This document shows positions 37,572 through 46,782 of a stretch of 64,000 nucleotides of DNA, in pieces. The notes under the pieces were generated by a model. It was not told the DNA's origin. It saw only the letters and a list, made by a program, of their open reading frames with translations, and made no database searches. The stretch comes from a virus (Duplodnaviria > Heunggongvirae > Uroviricota > Caudoviricetes), in the IMG/VR virus record IMGVR_UViG_3300048599_000194, positions 32,001 to 96,000 of that record. The stretch is one strand, 5' to 3'. Each line of letters starts with the position of its first letter. Position 1 is the stretch's first letter. Position numbers and translations under genes: made by a program.

Positions 37572-38669
37572 TTAGCCGCTAATACTGGCGCGAATTTCTT
37601 CAATCACCTCAATGACCATCTCAGGATCATCATATGGATTGGCTTCTAAAAATACTCTCGTCATAGAAATCATGTTTTCACTATGTATAGCTACACTCAT
37701 ATCTTCAAAAATTTTCACTTCCTCAGGGGACTTATCTGAATTTACATCATCGATACTGTCAACCACCTTCTGATATGCGCGATATGAAATTGGCTTTTTA
37801 GATAACACTTCTTTTTCAATGACAAATAATTCATCTTCTTTAATTCCTTCCTTGTATTCAAATTCAACAAAATAATTCTCTAGTGATTCCATATTTGATA
37901 ATTCATCTCTGTTATTGAACTTAAAAAATCTACTAGACGACTTATTTTCTACGAATATTCTTTCATTAGTGTGAAGATCTATGATATGAAATCCCTTGGC
38001 CTCACTGGCGTCAGCGAATGTCAACTGAAATGGGGTTCCTACATAGTGTATGGTATGTCCATTTATTTCTTTATAGCTCTGTGTATGAAAATGTCCTGAT
38101 ATGGTATGTTTGAAATTCTTGTATAGTATTTCTGGGTTCATTCCTTCAGTGCAAATTGAACCAGCTTCAAATGGAAAACCAACTGTTTCGAAATGTCCGA
38201 AAACATATTGAAACCTGCCCTTTACTTTATCTGCATTATCTTCAAAGGTTTGCATCATTGCAGTAGTAAGCCAAGGTACGAGTAGGCATTTAACTCCAAA
38301 CAATTCAATCGGGCGAATAGAAGTAACTGCAGTGACATTTGGTTTCGACCATATGTTAGATAATGAAGTTACACTTAGATCATCTTTGTAATAAGTGTCA
38401 TGGTTCCCCTGGAGCACAATACATTTGAAATCTTTAAGGTCGTTCTGAAATAAACCCTCAACGTACTGTGCTATTTTCGAATCGATTCTACGGCGCTGGT
38501 CATATAGATCTCCGGTAAATAAAATAGTGTCTATCTCGCGAGAAATTAATTCTGGAATCAAACACTCAGTAAAAAATTTTCTCTGAGATTCGAAAAGTGT
38601 TTCGAATTTTAGAGAATTATTTGGAGAAACACCAAGATGGAAATCGCCTACTACTGCTATCTTGCTCAT
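37572..38669 (-). CDS. Recombination nuclease subunit (T4 gp47/Mre11-like)
   Basis: GDFHLG, GDLYD, GNHD, GHF, SGHFH, YVGTP. Confidence 0.93.
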   Translation of the reverse strand: MSKIAVVGDFHLGVSPNNSLKFETLFESQRKFFTECLIPELISREIDTILFTGDLYDQRRRIDSKIAQYVEGLFQNDLKDFKCIVLQGNHDTYYKDDLSVTSLSNIWSKPNVTAVTSIRPIELFGVKCLLVPWLTTAMMQTFEDNADKVKGRFQYVFGHFETVGFPFEAGSICTEGMNPEILYKNFKHTISGHFHTQSYKEINGHTIHYVGTPFQLTFADASEAKGFHIIDLHTNERIFVENKSSSRFFKFNNRDELSNMESLENYFVEFEYKEGIKEDELFVIEKEVLSKKPISYRAYQKVVDSIDDVNSDKSPEEVKIFEDMSVAIHSENMISMTRVFLEANPYDDPEMVIEVIEEIRASISG

Positions 38670-38687
38670 GTAAGTATGATAACTTTT

Positions 38688-39341
38688 TTAGTAAACGTAT
38701 CGCTTCAACTTTTCACACCATCGCAACAAGAAATCAATATTGCCATGCCGAATTAAGTCTTCTTTGACATTCGAGATGATGCTATCAACCACAAAAGAAT
38801 GATCCATATAATAATATGCAATCCCACCTGCCTCTTCCCATAGAGAACAATTAACAGAATCATCATCTATTAGTATGTTGGGGCATGTTCCGTTTTTAGC
38901 ATATTCAAATCTATTTTTGTTTATTAGTATACGATCAAGATCACAATTCTTGAATCCTAAATGGGTTCTCTTCCTACACCATTTTAACTTACCCATTTCC
39001 ATAGTTAAATCATCATCTAATACTCCAGCAAATATATAAGGTTTATATTGCCGTAAACTCTTCCACAAATAATCAGCGTTTTTAGTTTTTGGTACTTTAG
39101 CCCAATAATCTAATTTCTGATTTCGCATTCTAGCGTGCATATATTTTCTAATTAATGCTTTGCTCCGATATACTTCAGGTGAAATATCAGAGATTGTTAT
39201 TCCTTTTTTCCTCATATCGTAAAAATTCAAATGAGAAAAATATCTATAAAAGTCACTTAATGTTCCATCTAAATCGATGAATATTCTAGGTGCCGATGTA
39301 AGATCGGAATATATGAAATCTTTTTCGGGTACAAGTAACAT
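38688..39341 (-). CDS. HAD 5'(3')-nucleotidase-like protein
   Basis: IFIDLDGTLSDF, GKLKWC, ILIDD, WEEAGG. Confidence 0.75.
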   Translation of the reverse strand: MLLVPEKDFIYSDLTSAPRIFIDLDGTLSDFYRYFSHLNFYDMRKKGITISDISPEVYRSKALIRKYMHARMRNQKLDYWAKVPKTKNADYLWKSLRQYKPYIFAGVLDDDLTMEMGKLKWCRKRTHLGFKNCDLDRILINKNRFEYAKNGTCPNILIDDDSVNCSLWEEAGGIAYYYMDHSFVVDSIISNVKEDLIRHGNIDFLLRWCEKLKRYVY

Positions 39342-40271
39342 TTAGAATAGATTACCACCCCAGTCAAGTCGATCTACATTCAATTGAGTATATCTATCTT
39401 CTCCGTCGTGGTTATCGTCGTCAAAAGAATCTTGATTATATTTCATTTTTTCTTCAAAGCTCTGACTATTATCTGAAATTGCTTTTTCTTCTTTAATCAC
39501 AGCAATGAATGCGTTATATGCATATTTTGTTAGATAATTAAATGGATTCCTCTTAACCTGATCTTCAAAATCCTTTAATAATGTATCTGGCCATTGATTG
39601 AATATTTCGTCTCTAAATGTGGCTTCATTGAATACTGGCTCAGTAAAAGTCATACCCTTAGCATTATCCGCCATTAACTCAATAAGAACTTCTGGATCGT
39701 TTAGCTTATAGAAATCGTGTTCAAAAATCTTTCTACCCATTTTAGTTTTTTCTTTTCCATTTGGAGTCTTAATTCTAACCTCCAACAGACTTAAATAAAA
39801 CTTATCATATGAAATACCACGCTTTGACATCCAGTCTTGAAGAACATATGTCTTTTTTCTAAACAACCAACGAATAAGAAATTCAAGAGTTTTTACGTAG
39901 TTAATGTTATATCCGTGCGCATATCTACAGATATGTTCATGCGCTCTTGATTTCATATCCTCATGCCATCCATTATAGTATGAACGGAACTGAGCACCTT
40001 TACTATACTCTTCAACAATTTGAATTATATTAAGTCCTAACTTTCGTCCAATACCATGTTCAGGATTTATGCTATGCATTATGACATATTCGCGTAAATT
40101 CTCTTCGAGTACTTCTGGATCGATATAATATTTTGGGGTAGAATCTTTCTTTGCTTTTTTCGGCTTATTTCGGGCCTCTATCTTTTTCTGTAAATTTTCT
40201 TCGAACTCTAAATGTTCAGTTAGATCAGACGACCACTCGTTAATATCTTGTTCTTCTATAGACATATTCAT
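39342..40271 (-). CDS. Late sigma factor (T4 gp55-like) with a large internal insertion
   Basis: YYID, FRSY..WHEDM, NPFNYLT..AYNAF...IKEEK; located between gp46 and gp47. Confidence 0.8.
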   Translation of the reverse strand: MNMSIEEQDINEWSSDLTEHLEFEENLQKKIEARNKPKKAKKDSTPKYYIDPEVLEENLREYVIMHSINPEHGIGRKLGLNIIQIVEEYSKGAQFRSYYNGWHEDMKSRAHEHICRYAHGYNINYVKTLEFLIRWLFRKKTYVLQDWMSKRGISYDKFYLSLLEVRIKTPNGKEKTKMGRKIFEHDFYKLNDPEVLIELMADNAKGMTFTEPVFNEATFRDEIFNQWPDTLLKDFEDQVKRNPFNYLTKYAYNAFIAVIKEEKAISDNSQSFEEKMKYNQDSFDDDNHDGEDRYTQLNVDRLDWGGNLF

Positions 40272-40283
40272 TACCTCTAATAT

Positions 40284-40793
40284 CTATTCTAACAAAATAC
40301 TACTTGGTGTCAATCCATTTAGATTTTTCATATGAAGAGGATTTAAGATTTTCGGGTTTTTTGCTTTTAATATAGAGTACAACTCAACTAAATGATCTAG
40401 ACAGTCAAATGAATAGCTTGCATAATGAAGAAAAGTATCTCCGAGGATATCCTTAAACACATATCCCTCATTCCCTAGTAATACTTCTTCGCAATAGGAA
40501 GGGAAATTAGAATAGAACAAATCAACAATACCGTCTTTAGAAAATAATTCAAAATATCCAGCATAATAAGCCATTAGTAAATTACCAAGTGCATGATCAT
40601 TTTGCATATTCCATTTATGCATTCTATTCTCAGAAACCCTAATCATCGAATCATAAAAGGTGGATGTTTCCTTAACCCTGAGATGATAATCATGGTAGAT
40701 AGAATTAGGGTCTATGAACATGGTTAATGGATTCTCACTGAAATATAGATGATTAAATAACTCTACATTATCAATCATCTTCATCCTCATCAT
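40284..40793 (-). CDS. Hypothetical protein with an ankyrin-like C-terminal motif
   Basis: DILGDTFLHYA and KNLNGLTP resemble ankyrin G-x-T-x-L-H-x-A. Confidence 0.4.
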   Translation of the reverse strand: MMRMKMIDNVELFNHLYFSENPLTMFIDPNSIYHDYHLRVKETSTFYDSMIRVSENRMHKWNMQNDHALGNLLMAYYAGYFELFSKDGIVDLFYSNFPSYCEEVLLGNEGYVFKDILGDTFLHYASYSFDCLDHLVELYSILKAKNPKILNPLHMKNLNGLTPSSILLE

Positions 40794-41751
40794 CTCCCAT
40801 TATTTCATCAAATGATCTCTCAGATAACTCGCTAGATTCATCTTCTTGTTCTTTTTCAGTTAATTCGTCTTCATCCTCAACGAAGAAATCACGCAATTCT
40901 GAAGAAATATTACATCCTAGATATGCATTAGCCACTTGCATTGCAGAATCAACGTGAGTCATAGAAAATGAACATCCGACAAAGCGATTGTTAATTATTT
41001 GTGAACCCTTCAAACTTGAATTATGTATTGAAGTTGCGCTAATAATCACACCTGCAATAGTACTACGTTTCATAGACGTAGATTCAAGCTCAACCTTATG
41101 CATGCTACCCGATATTACATTTGCATTATCCATCTCACAATTAAAATAAGATACGATATGCTGGACGCAGTCAAATATATTAATTCCTTCTAGATTACAA
41201 TCAATAAACGTAACTCCGAATAATCCTACTTTACTTAAATTAACTCCACTAAAATCACATCTAGTGAATTGGCATTCAGCAAATTTACCTGAAGCTATAT
41301 ATGCAGATTGGAATGTACAATCAGAGAAACTACAATTACTGAATACACATCCATCCATGATAATCCCAGGAAAATCAACCGAATTAAAATCAATACCAAA
41401 AAACATATAACTTCGAAATACTTTACCATAATCAGTAGTTAAATTAGTAAAAGACCTTCTAACTTGCGCGATTATTTTTCCAACGAGCACGGGGTCAGAT
41501 ATTAATTCACGGGACTCTTCCGGTGTATTATCACTAGATATACTATCGTTCGAATCAAAACTATATTCTACGATTGGAGATTTTATTAAAGATTCATGTA
41601 TAGTCTTTTCACTCGGTTGACTATAGTGATAGTCATTTATGGCAGTGATTAAAGTCCCTAATTCTATGTTGAATTCTTCAGCCAGTGCCATATTCCACTG
41701 AAATGAAGATAATTGAAATAAATCAGAAATTAGAGCATCTTCATTCCGCAT
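40771..41751 (-). CDS. Pentapeptide-repeat protein
   Basis: Five-residue periodicity (CVFSN CSFSD CTFQS...CQFTR CDFSG); acidic tail; ATAAATA at 41768-41774. Confidence 0.85.
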   Translation of the reverse strand: MRNEDALISDLFQLSSFQWNMALAEEFNIELGTLITAINDYHYSQPSEKTIHESLIKSPIVEYSFDSNDSISSDNTPEESRELISDPVLVGKIIAQVRRSFTNLTTDYGKVFRSYMFFGIDFNSVDFPGIIMDGCVFSNCSFSDCTFQSAYIASGKFAECQFTRCDFSGVNLSKVGLFGVTFIDCNLEGINIFDCVQHIVSYFNCEMDNANVISGSMHKVELESTSMKRSTIAGVIISATSIHNSSLKGSQIINNRFVGCSFSMTHVDSAMQVANAYLGCNISSELRDFFVEDEDELTEKEQEDESSELSERSFDEIMGDDEDEDD

Positions 41752-41776
41752 ATCAACCTCCAGTTAATATTTATTC

Positions 41777-43624
41777 TTAAAACGTCTTGATTTCTTTGAG
41801 AACGCTGAATTGATTCTTCAACTCTAGTTCATATAATGCATCTAGATTTTCGAATAACACATCTTCCTGTTTATGAGTGATTAAAACAATACTCTTATTG
41901 TCTTTATCTGCAACCTTCCTAATAGAATCAACTGCGGCACTAAAACCCTTAGCGTCAAGACCTTCATCTGCGAATTCATCTAGCATTAAAGTATTACACT
42001 TCACATTTCCTATTCTCTTAACTAGATCAACCATTGCGAATAATATCGCTAAATTAATTCTAGTCTTCTGACCCTTAGACATCATGGAATGCTTCTGTCC
42101 AAGTCCCTTAGGTGCGCCTAATGTATGATTAAAATATTCATCGAATTCAACTGTCACTGGCAGGTCAAATCGATCTAGATAAAAAGCAATTAGTTTATTG
42201 AGTATTGGCATGAACTCACGAAGTAGCATTCTCTTAATCCCATCATCAGAGCACATCTCAATGATATAATGATAAGCCTTAATCCTACGATCTAATTGAA
42301 TTAGTGCAGATTTTTTATCAGCAATTAGAGACTCAGCATCCGAAATTGACTTCAGAGCAAACAACTTAACATCACTTTGCTCAGGTCGTTCTATTAGTTT
42401 ATCTTTTTTACTACGATATGCATTCTTAGAAATCTCTAAAGTATTAATGTAGCTACTGGTTGAGTAAATTGTAGAATTTTTACGATGAATTTCACTATGA
42501 TATGAATTTAATTCACCTGTTATAGTTGTAATTGCTGAATTAATATTGTTAATTTCAGGTAGCCTTGAATTAAGAGTGTCTAGTTCAGACTTAAGATTTC
42601 TTCCGTGATTTGCTATCTCGTTGCTCGCTTCGATATGTATCTTTTTATGTGTTTCCGCTTGTTCCTCGGTAAATGAATTTCCACACTTATTACATACAAC
42701 ATTAGGTGCAATTCTGTTTATTTCGTCTAGTTCCCTTCTATAATCTCTTTTACACACGTCAAGTTCTGCATTTACCCTTGCAATATTGGCATATAATGAA
42801 TTAGAATCCAATTCAACTAACTTACTATTAAGCAATGCAATTTCATTTTCTGCGCTTGATATTTTCTCATTTAATGTTTCTATTTCTGAATTGAGGATGC
42901 CAATAGAGGCCCTGGATGAATCTTGAGTACCTTCTATTATCTGTATCTGTTCATCAATAGAAGCGATTTCAGCCTCAACATTAGAATCAGCCATCTTTAC
43001 TACGTTATTATATTCTGCAATTTTTAACTGCGCACTTTCAATTTCCTGAGAAACTATTCTTTTTGATAATTGAGCGTCACTTAGTCTTTCGTTAACCTTG
43101 GTTTTATAGTTTCTAACTTGCTTAATTGAAAATAAATTTTCAGAGAATTTTCTCTTTTGATCTGGAGTCATTGAAATAAATGGCGTTCCTCCAGATACTG
43201 CAATAGTGTTCTTAAACACATTAATCCCGAACCCCAAAATTGTATTTTCTATATATTCCTGATAATCAGGAATTCCAGTTAATAGAATATCGTTCTTATA
43301 GATCATCAGTTTTTCGCTGGCCTTTCTAGACGTTGGCTTTCTGACGATCAAATACTTGTCAGTATTAACTCCCTGAGTCTCAAGCAATAAACTTAAATAT
43401 AAACCTTTTTCATTAATGTTATTGGTCCATTCTGATTGAGTTGACGTTCTATACGTTTCATTGAACAGGCAAATACAAACGGCATCCAATATAGCGGACT
43501 TTCCAAGTCCATTCTCACCCATTAGACCAATAACCCCATCGTAGAAATTAAATACAAATTCCTCATTTCCAAATCGTAGGAAGTTTGCCCCTCTAAGAGT
43601 CTTAAATGCAATTGAATTTGCCAT
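41777..43624 (-). CDS. Recombination ATPase (T4 gp46/Rad50-like)
   Basis: NFLRFG, GENGLGKS, CNKC zinc hook, MSKGQ, LMLDE, ITH. Confidence 0.95.
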   Translation of the reverse strand: MANSIAFKTLRGANFLRFGNEEFVFNFYDGVIGLMGENGLGKSAILDAVCICLFNETYRTSTQSEWTNNINEKGLYLSLLLETQGVNTDKYLIVRKPTSRKASEKLMIYKNDILLTGIPDYQEYIENTILGFGINVFKNTIAVSGGTPFISMTPDQKRKFSENLFSIKQVRNYKTKVNERLSDAQLSKRIVSQEIESAQLKIAEYNNVVKMADSNVEAEIASIDEQIQIIEGTQDSSRASIGILNSEIETLNEKISSAENEIALLNSKLVELDSNSLYANIARVNAELDVCKRDYRRELDEINRIAPNVVCNKCGNSFTEEQAETHKKIHIEASNEIANHGRNLKSELDTLNSRLPEINNINSAITTITGELNSYHSEIHRKNSTIYSTSSYINTLEISKNAYRSKKDKLIERPEQSDVKLFALKSISDAESLIADKKSALIQLDRRIKAYHYIIEMCSDDGIKRMLLREFMPILNKLIAFYLDRFDLPVTVEFDEYFNHTLGAPKGLGQKHSMMSKGQKTRINLAILFAMVDLVKRIGNVKCNTLMLDEFADEGLDAKGFSAAVDSIRKVADKDNKSIVLITHKQEDVLFENLDALYELELKNQFSVLKEIKTF

Positions 43625-43627
43625 TTG

Positions 43628-43933
43628 TTATATCCTGTATTTGCTATATGGATTCGAAGGGCGATTACCTGTTGGTTTCTTCGGATCGACCTTCTTCTCT
43701 GATATGGTAGCAATTTGAAAGTTTTCAGTGGTCCTGAAGTACATGTATTCAGCTAGATCTATAACTCGCTGAGTATATCCCTCATTGTAATATTCAAGCA
43801 CAATCCTCAATGCAAGCTCGTTTCTACGCATTGGATCTGAAGATACTGTATGAATTTGTTCCTTAAAACGAAAAAAGCATTCTCTGAATGCTTTCTCGTC
43901 TACTTCTTCAGATGGAAAGTAGCCTTTGTCCAT
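43628..43933 (-). CDS. Hypothetical protein
   Basis: 101 aa, coupled ORF. Confidence 0.55.
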   Translation of the reverse strand: MDKGYFPSEEVDEKAFRECFFRFKEQIHTVSSDPMRRNELALRIVLEYYNEGYTQRVIDLAEYMYFRTTENFQIATISEKKVDPKKPTGNRPSNPYSKYRI

Positions 43934-44253
43934 TAACTAATCCTCAGCGTCTGTCTATATCCAGTGTCATCATCAAATTCAACTAGAATATAAACGTCGT
44001 TAAATGATATATAATCCCTAACCTGCAAATTCCTATCCCCAAAAAATGGAAGCAATTTCGACCTGATCGCACATGCTGTCGATTTATCTATGAATTCACC
44101 TGCAAAAGAATTAAGAATCTCAACCGCCTTTAAGGTTGATATTGATGCATCTTTTCCCGCAATATCATATACCCATCGAGGAACCTCATAATATGACCTC
44201 CAATGTGGATCTACAACATACTGCCAATCTGGTATCTCTGAAACCCCAAACAT
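43933..44253 (-). CDS. Hypothetical protein
   Basis: 106 aa, TAATG-coupled. Confidence 0.55.
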   Translation of the reverse strand: MFGVSEIPDWQYVVDPHWRSYYEVPRWVYDIAGKDASISTLKAVEILNSFAGEFIDKSTACAIRSKLLPFFGDRNLQVRDYISFNDVYILVEFDDDTGYRQTLRIS

Positions 44254-45623
44254 TAGCTAACCTTGTACTTAGTGTCATATTCAATGGCATCAACGATCTT
44301 ATGTTCAAAATCGGCTTCGAATACTTCATATTGGAGAATAGCTCTCCCATTAATAATTGGTACGAACTCTTGTCTGAATTGTTGTAGACCAGCTTCCTCA
44401 TAATATACTATTCCAACACCCTGTTGCCAATTCTGATATGCCTTTGCACCTGGAACTGCGCCAGGGTCTATCTTACAAAGACATCCAAATGAAGCCGCAG
44501 TGTATAGATATGCAGTATCGTCTGCACCCCATAGAGTCTTAGTTGCAACTTCATATCGATGAATATGACCCTGAATTACAGAAACTCTAGTATCCTTAAC
44601 TACTGCGGATACAGTTGCTCCTGATTCACTCTTTGCAATTTCACCGTGAATGCATACCAAATTATCATTCAAAACCACTTTTCCATTTGGATAGTTTGGA
44701 TGATACTTAATCTTTAGATTATCAAGCCCCAATAATTTTGGTATTGAGAGTAGTGGAGGCCCATTTAGATCATCTACCGACTTAAGTCCATATGCAGAAA
44801 TCGCGTTCTGCATAAGTGCCTTTTCGGCCCTGATATCATGATTCCCTGCAATGTAATCAATTTCCATATTTGGGTCAATTGCTCTGAATTGAGCAAGCCA
44901 CCATGCTAATTCAACCGCCGCCGCCTGAGTGGTGAAATAAAATTCAGGTCCGGTTGGGTATTTTGACTCTTGGGGTAAATCTAAATTATCTCCAAGTAAA
45001 ACAATTCTATCAGGTCTGATATATTTTGCAATTTGAAGAGCTACATCCATTGCACTTCTGTCGTGTATTGATGATAGTTTCCCATTAACCATATTTCTAC
45101 GAAATCCGACTTGCATATCTGGAAGAACTAATGCAGTCTTAATTGACTTATTCTTCTTCGATGTGCTTCCTTGTATCTTAGATGAGTCAATTCTAATATC
45201 AATTGAGGCAGGTATTTCATAATTAGCTATCAACTTAATTCTTCTAAATGAAACCTTAATTTGATGAAGTCGAATAAGACCCTGATCATTTGGCCTCATT
45301 CCGTCCCATTCATTATGGGTCACATTTGACACTTCCCATATTTTACGATCAACATCTAATTCTGACAATAGCTCATCTAGAGTCTTCTTTCCGCCAGAAT
45401 ACTTAACCGTCAATTCTTTCTGATTTTTGTCATCTAGTATTTCTTCAACTATTGAGAAACTTGGTGACTTAGTTTGGGTTGAAATTGCGGAGTCTGATGA
45501 TTCAGTAATATAATCAATCAGAATATTTGCAACCTGAGTTCTTGTAATTCCGAGTTCCTCGGATATGTAGTTGACTGTTTTTCCGGCTTTTGCAAGCTCA
45601 ACTACCTTCAGATTTTCTTTCAT
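44253..45623 (-). CDS. Calcineurin-like metallophosphoesterase with N-terminal HTH
   Basis: GKTVNYISEELGITRTQV HTH; PDMQ, LGDNLD, GNHD, HGE, GHIHR. Confidence 0.85.
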   Translation of the reverse strand: MKENLKVVELAKAGKTVNYISEELGITRTQVANILIDYITESSDSAISTQTKSPSFSIVEEILDDKNQKELTVKYSGGKKTLDELLSELDVDRKIWEVSNVTHNEWDGMRPNDQGLIRLHQIKVSFRRIKLIANYEIPASIDIRIDSSKIQGSTSKKNKSIKTALVLPDMQVGFRRNMVNGKLSSIHDRSAMDVALQIAKYIRPDRIVLLGDNLDLPQESKYPTGPEFYFTTQAAAVELAWWLAQFRAIDPNMEIDYIAGNHDIRAEKALMQNAISAYGLKSVDDLNGPPLLSIPKLLGLDNLKIKYHPNYPNGKVVLNDNLVCIHGEIAKSESGATVSAVVKDTRVSVIQGHIHRYEVATKTLWGADDTAYLYTAASFGCLCKIDPGAVPGAKAYQNWQQGVGIVYYEEAGLQQFRQEFVPIINGRAILQYEVFEADFEHKIVDAIEYDTKYKVS

Positions 45624-45641
45624 GTGTACTCCTTTAATGAT

Positions 45642-45685
45642 ATTTTAGCAGATTTGTATAGTATGTAGAAAAAATGTGCTAAGAT
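45642..45685. promoter_or_regulatory. Divergent extended -10 promoters (TGCTAAAAT on -, 45642-45650; TGCTAAGAT on +, 45677-45685)
   Basis: Both match the TGnTAnnAT motif found before many replication genes. Confidence 0.65.
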
Positions 45686-45691
45686 GTGGAG

Positions 45692-45995
45692 TAGATGAAA
45701 GTCTGAGTTGCACGGAGTCAAGGGATGCCAAAGCTGATGAAGCTGGCCGTGTGACGCTACGAAGATCGTTGCAGTGTGCGAAGAAAAGCCCTGGGAACGC
45801 TAGTGTGCCGGATGTAAGGGAAGAGACAAGCCTCAGAGTCAAATCCATTCGGTAAATCTTCGAGGGGGAACATTACACAAGTTGAGTTCAGTTCTTGTGT
45901 AAATGGGCGAAAGTACTTCTATCCTACCACCAAAACTCAAAATGGTGGACTCATGGGGTAGGGGGAACTGGGCGAGGAGCGTCTGCGCGAGACTA
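45692..45995 (+). ncRNA. Candidate structured non-coding RNA (or replication primer RNA)
   Basis: Upstream promoter motif; no + strand ORF in the track; GC-rich relative to the genome; stems TTACACAAG/CTTGTGTAA and CCACCA/TGGTGG; G-tract GGGGTAGGGGG. Confidence 0.45.
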
Positions 45996-45998
45996 TAG

Positions 45999-46030
45999 AT
46001 TAGCTCATTAGCTCATTAGCTCATTAGCTC
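45999..46030 (+). repeat. Perfect tandem repeat (ATTAGCTC)x4
   Basis: Copies at 45999, 46007, 46015 and 46023. Confidence 0.95.
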
Positions 46031-46085
46031 ACAGCTTTCAAACAAATGGGAAATCTCAAAAAAGAAATAGCTTCTTAAAAATGAG

Positions 46086-46150
46086 AAATCTCACAAATCT
46101 CACAAAGAAAAGAAATTCTAGATTGAGAAGACTCACTCAGACAATCTAGA
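46086..46150. repeat. Direct repeat (AAATCTCAC)x2 and 9-bp inverted repeat TCTAGATTG/CAATCTAGA
   Basis: Direct repeat 46086-46103; inverted arms at 46117-46125 and 46142-46150. Confidence 0.85.
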
Positions 46151-46191
46151 TTCTATCATCATTATGCTTAATTTAGCGTTAAAATAGACAT

Positions 46192-46782
46192 ATGACAGAG
46201 GAAAAGAAAAATAAAACTCGCCAGCCTAAGGAACCAAAATCTCTAGAGCCAAGAGTCCAAATTACCTATAATGATCTACGAAAAGGAATAGCTGAAGAAG
46301 TCAATAGCAAATTCAACACTCCAGTAATAGAAGCATTTTCTAAAAATGAAGAAGATACTATTACTTCATTAATGGATGAATTCAAGGAAGATACTACAGT
46401 CCCTACTGACTTAGATTTACTATATAATTACAATGCAAGCATAAACACTACCATTAGTAAATGGGTGAAAAGATATGTTAGATATTCTAGCGGATTAGCG
46501 AAAAATGAAAAGAAACTCATTGTCTTAGACGCTATTATCACTGAAGAATATAAAAGAAATCCAGATGCACATAATGGAATTTTATTAACCGATAAGGAAA
46601 TAAGAAATATCATTTTGATAAACCAAGATCATATTGAGCTAGAAGAAAAGATAAATAGTATAAAGGCGGTAATCTACGTGATTGAAATGGCTATATCTAG
46701 ATTAAAAGATATGACATATATAATTAAAAATGCAAATGAAACTCTAAAAATAAAGAATTATCTAATAAATGGTAATTTTTAA
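46192..46782 (+). CDS. Recombination mediator UvsY-like
   Basis: C-terminal IEMAISRLKDMTYIIKNA resembles UvsY; directly upstream of uvsW. Confidence 0.65.
   Translation: MTEEKKNKTRQPKEPKSLEPRVQITYNDLRKGIAEEVNSKFNTPVIEAFSKNEEDTITSLMDEFKEDTTVPTDLDLLYNYNASINTTISKWVKRYVRYSSGLAKNEKKLIVLDAIITEEYKRNPDAHNGILLTDKEIRNIILINQDHIELEEKINSIKAVIYVIEMAISRLKDMTYIIKNANETLKIKNYLINGNF

Noticed and set aside
45695-45706. Minigene ATG AAA GTC TGA after GGAG
   Set aside because: SD spacing is only 3 nt and the SD lies upstream of the predicted TSS; probably chance
45762-45800. Hammerhead ribozyme suggested by CTGATGA at 45734-45740
   Set aside because: No GAAA closing stem II at the right distance (GAAG instead) and no stems I/III found
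45645-45848. 67-aa minus-strand ORF in the intergenic region
   Set aside because: No SD or promoter motif, atypical composition, and it overlaps divergent promoter motifs; likely spurious
45999-46030. CRISPR-like array
   Set aside because: 8-bp units with no spacers; no cas genes in the window
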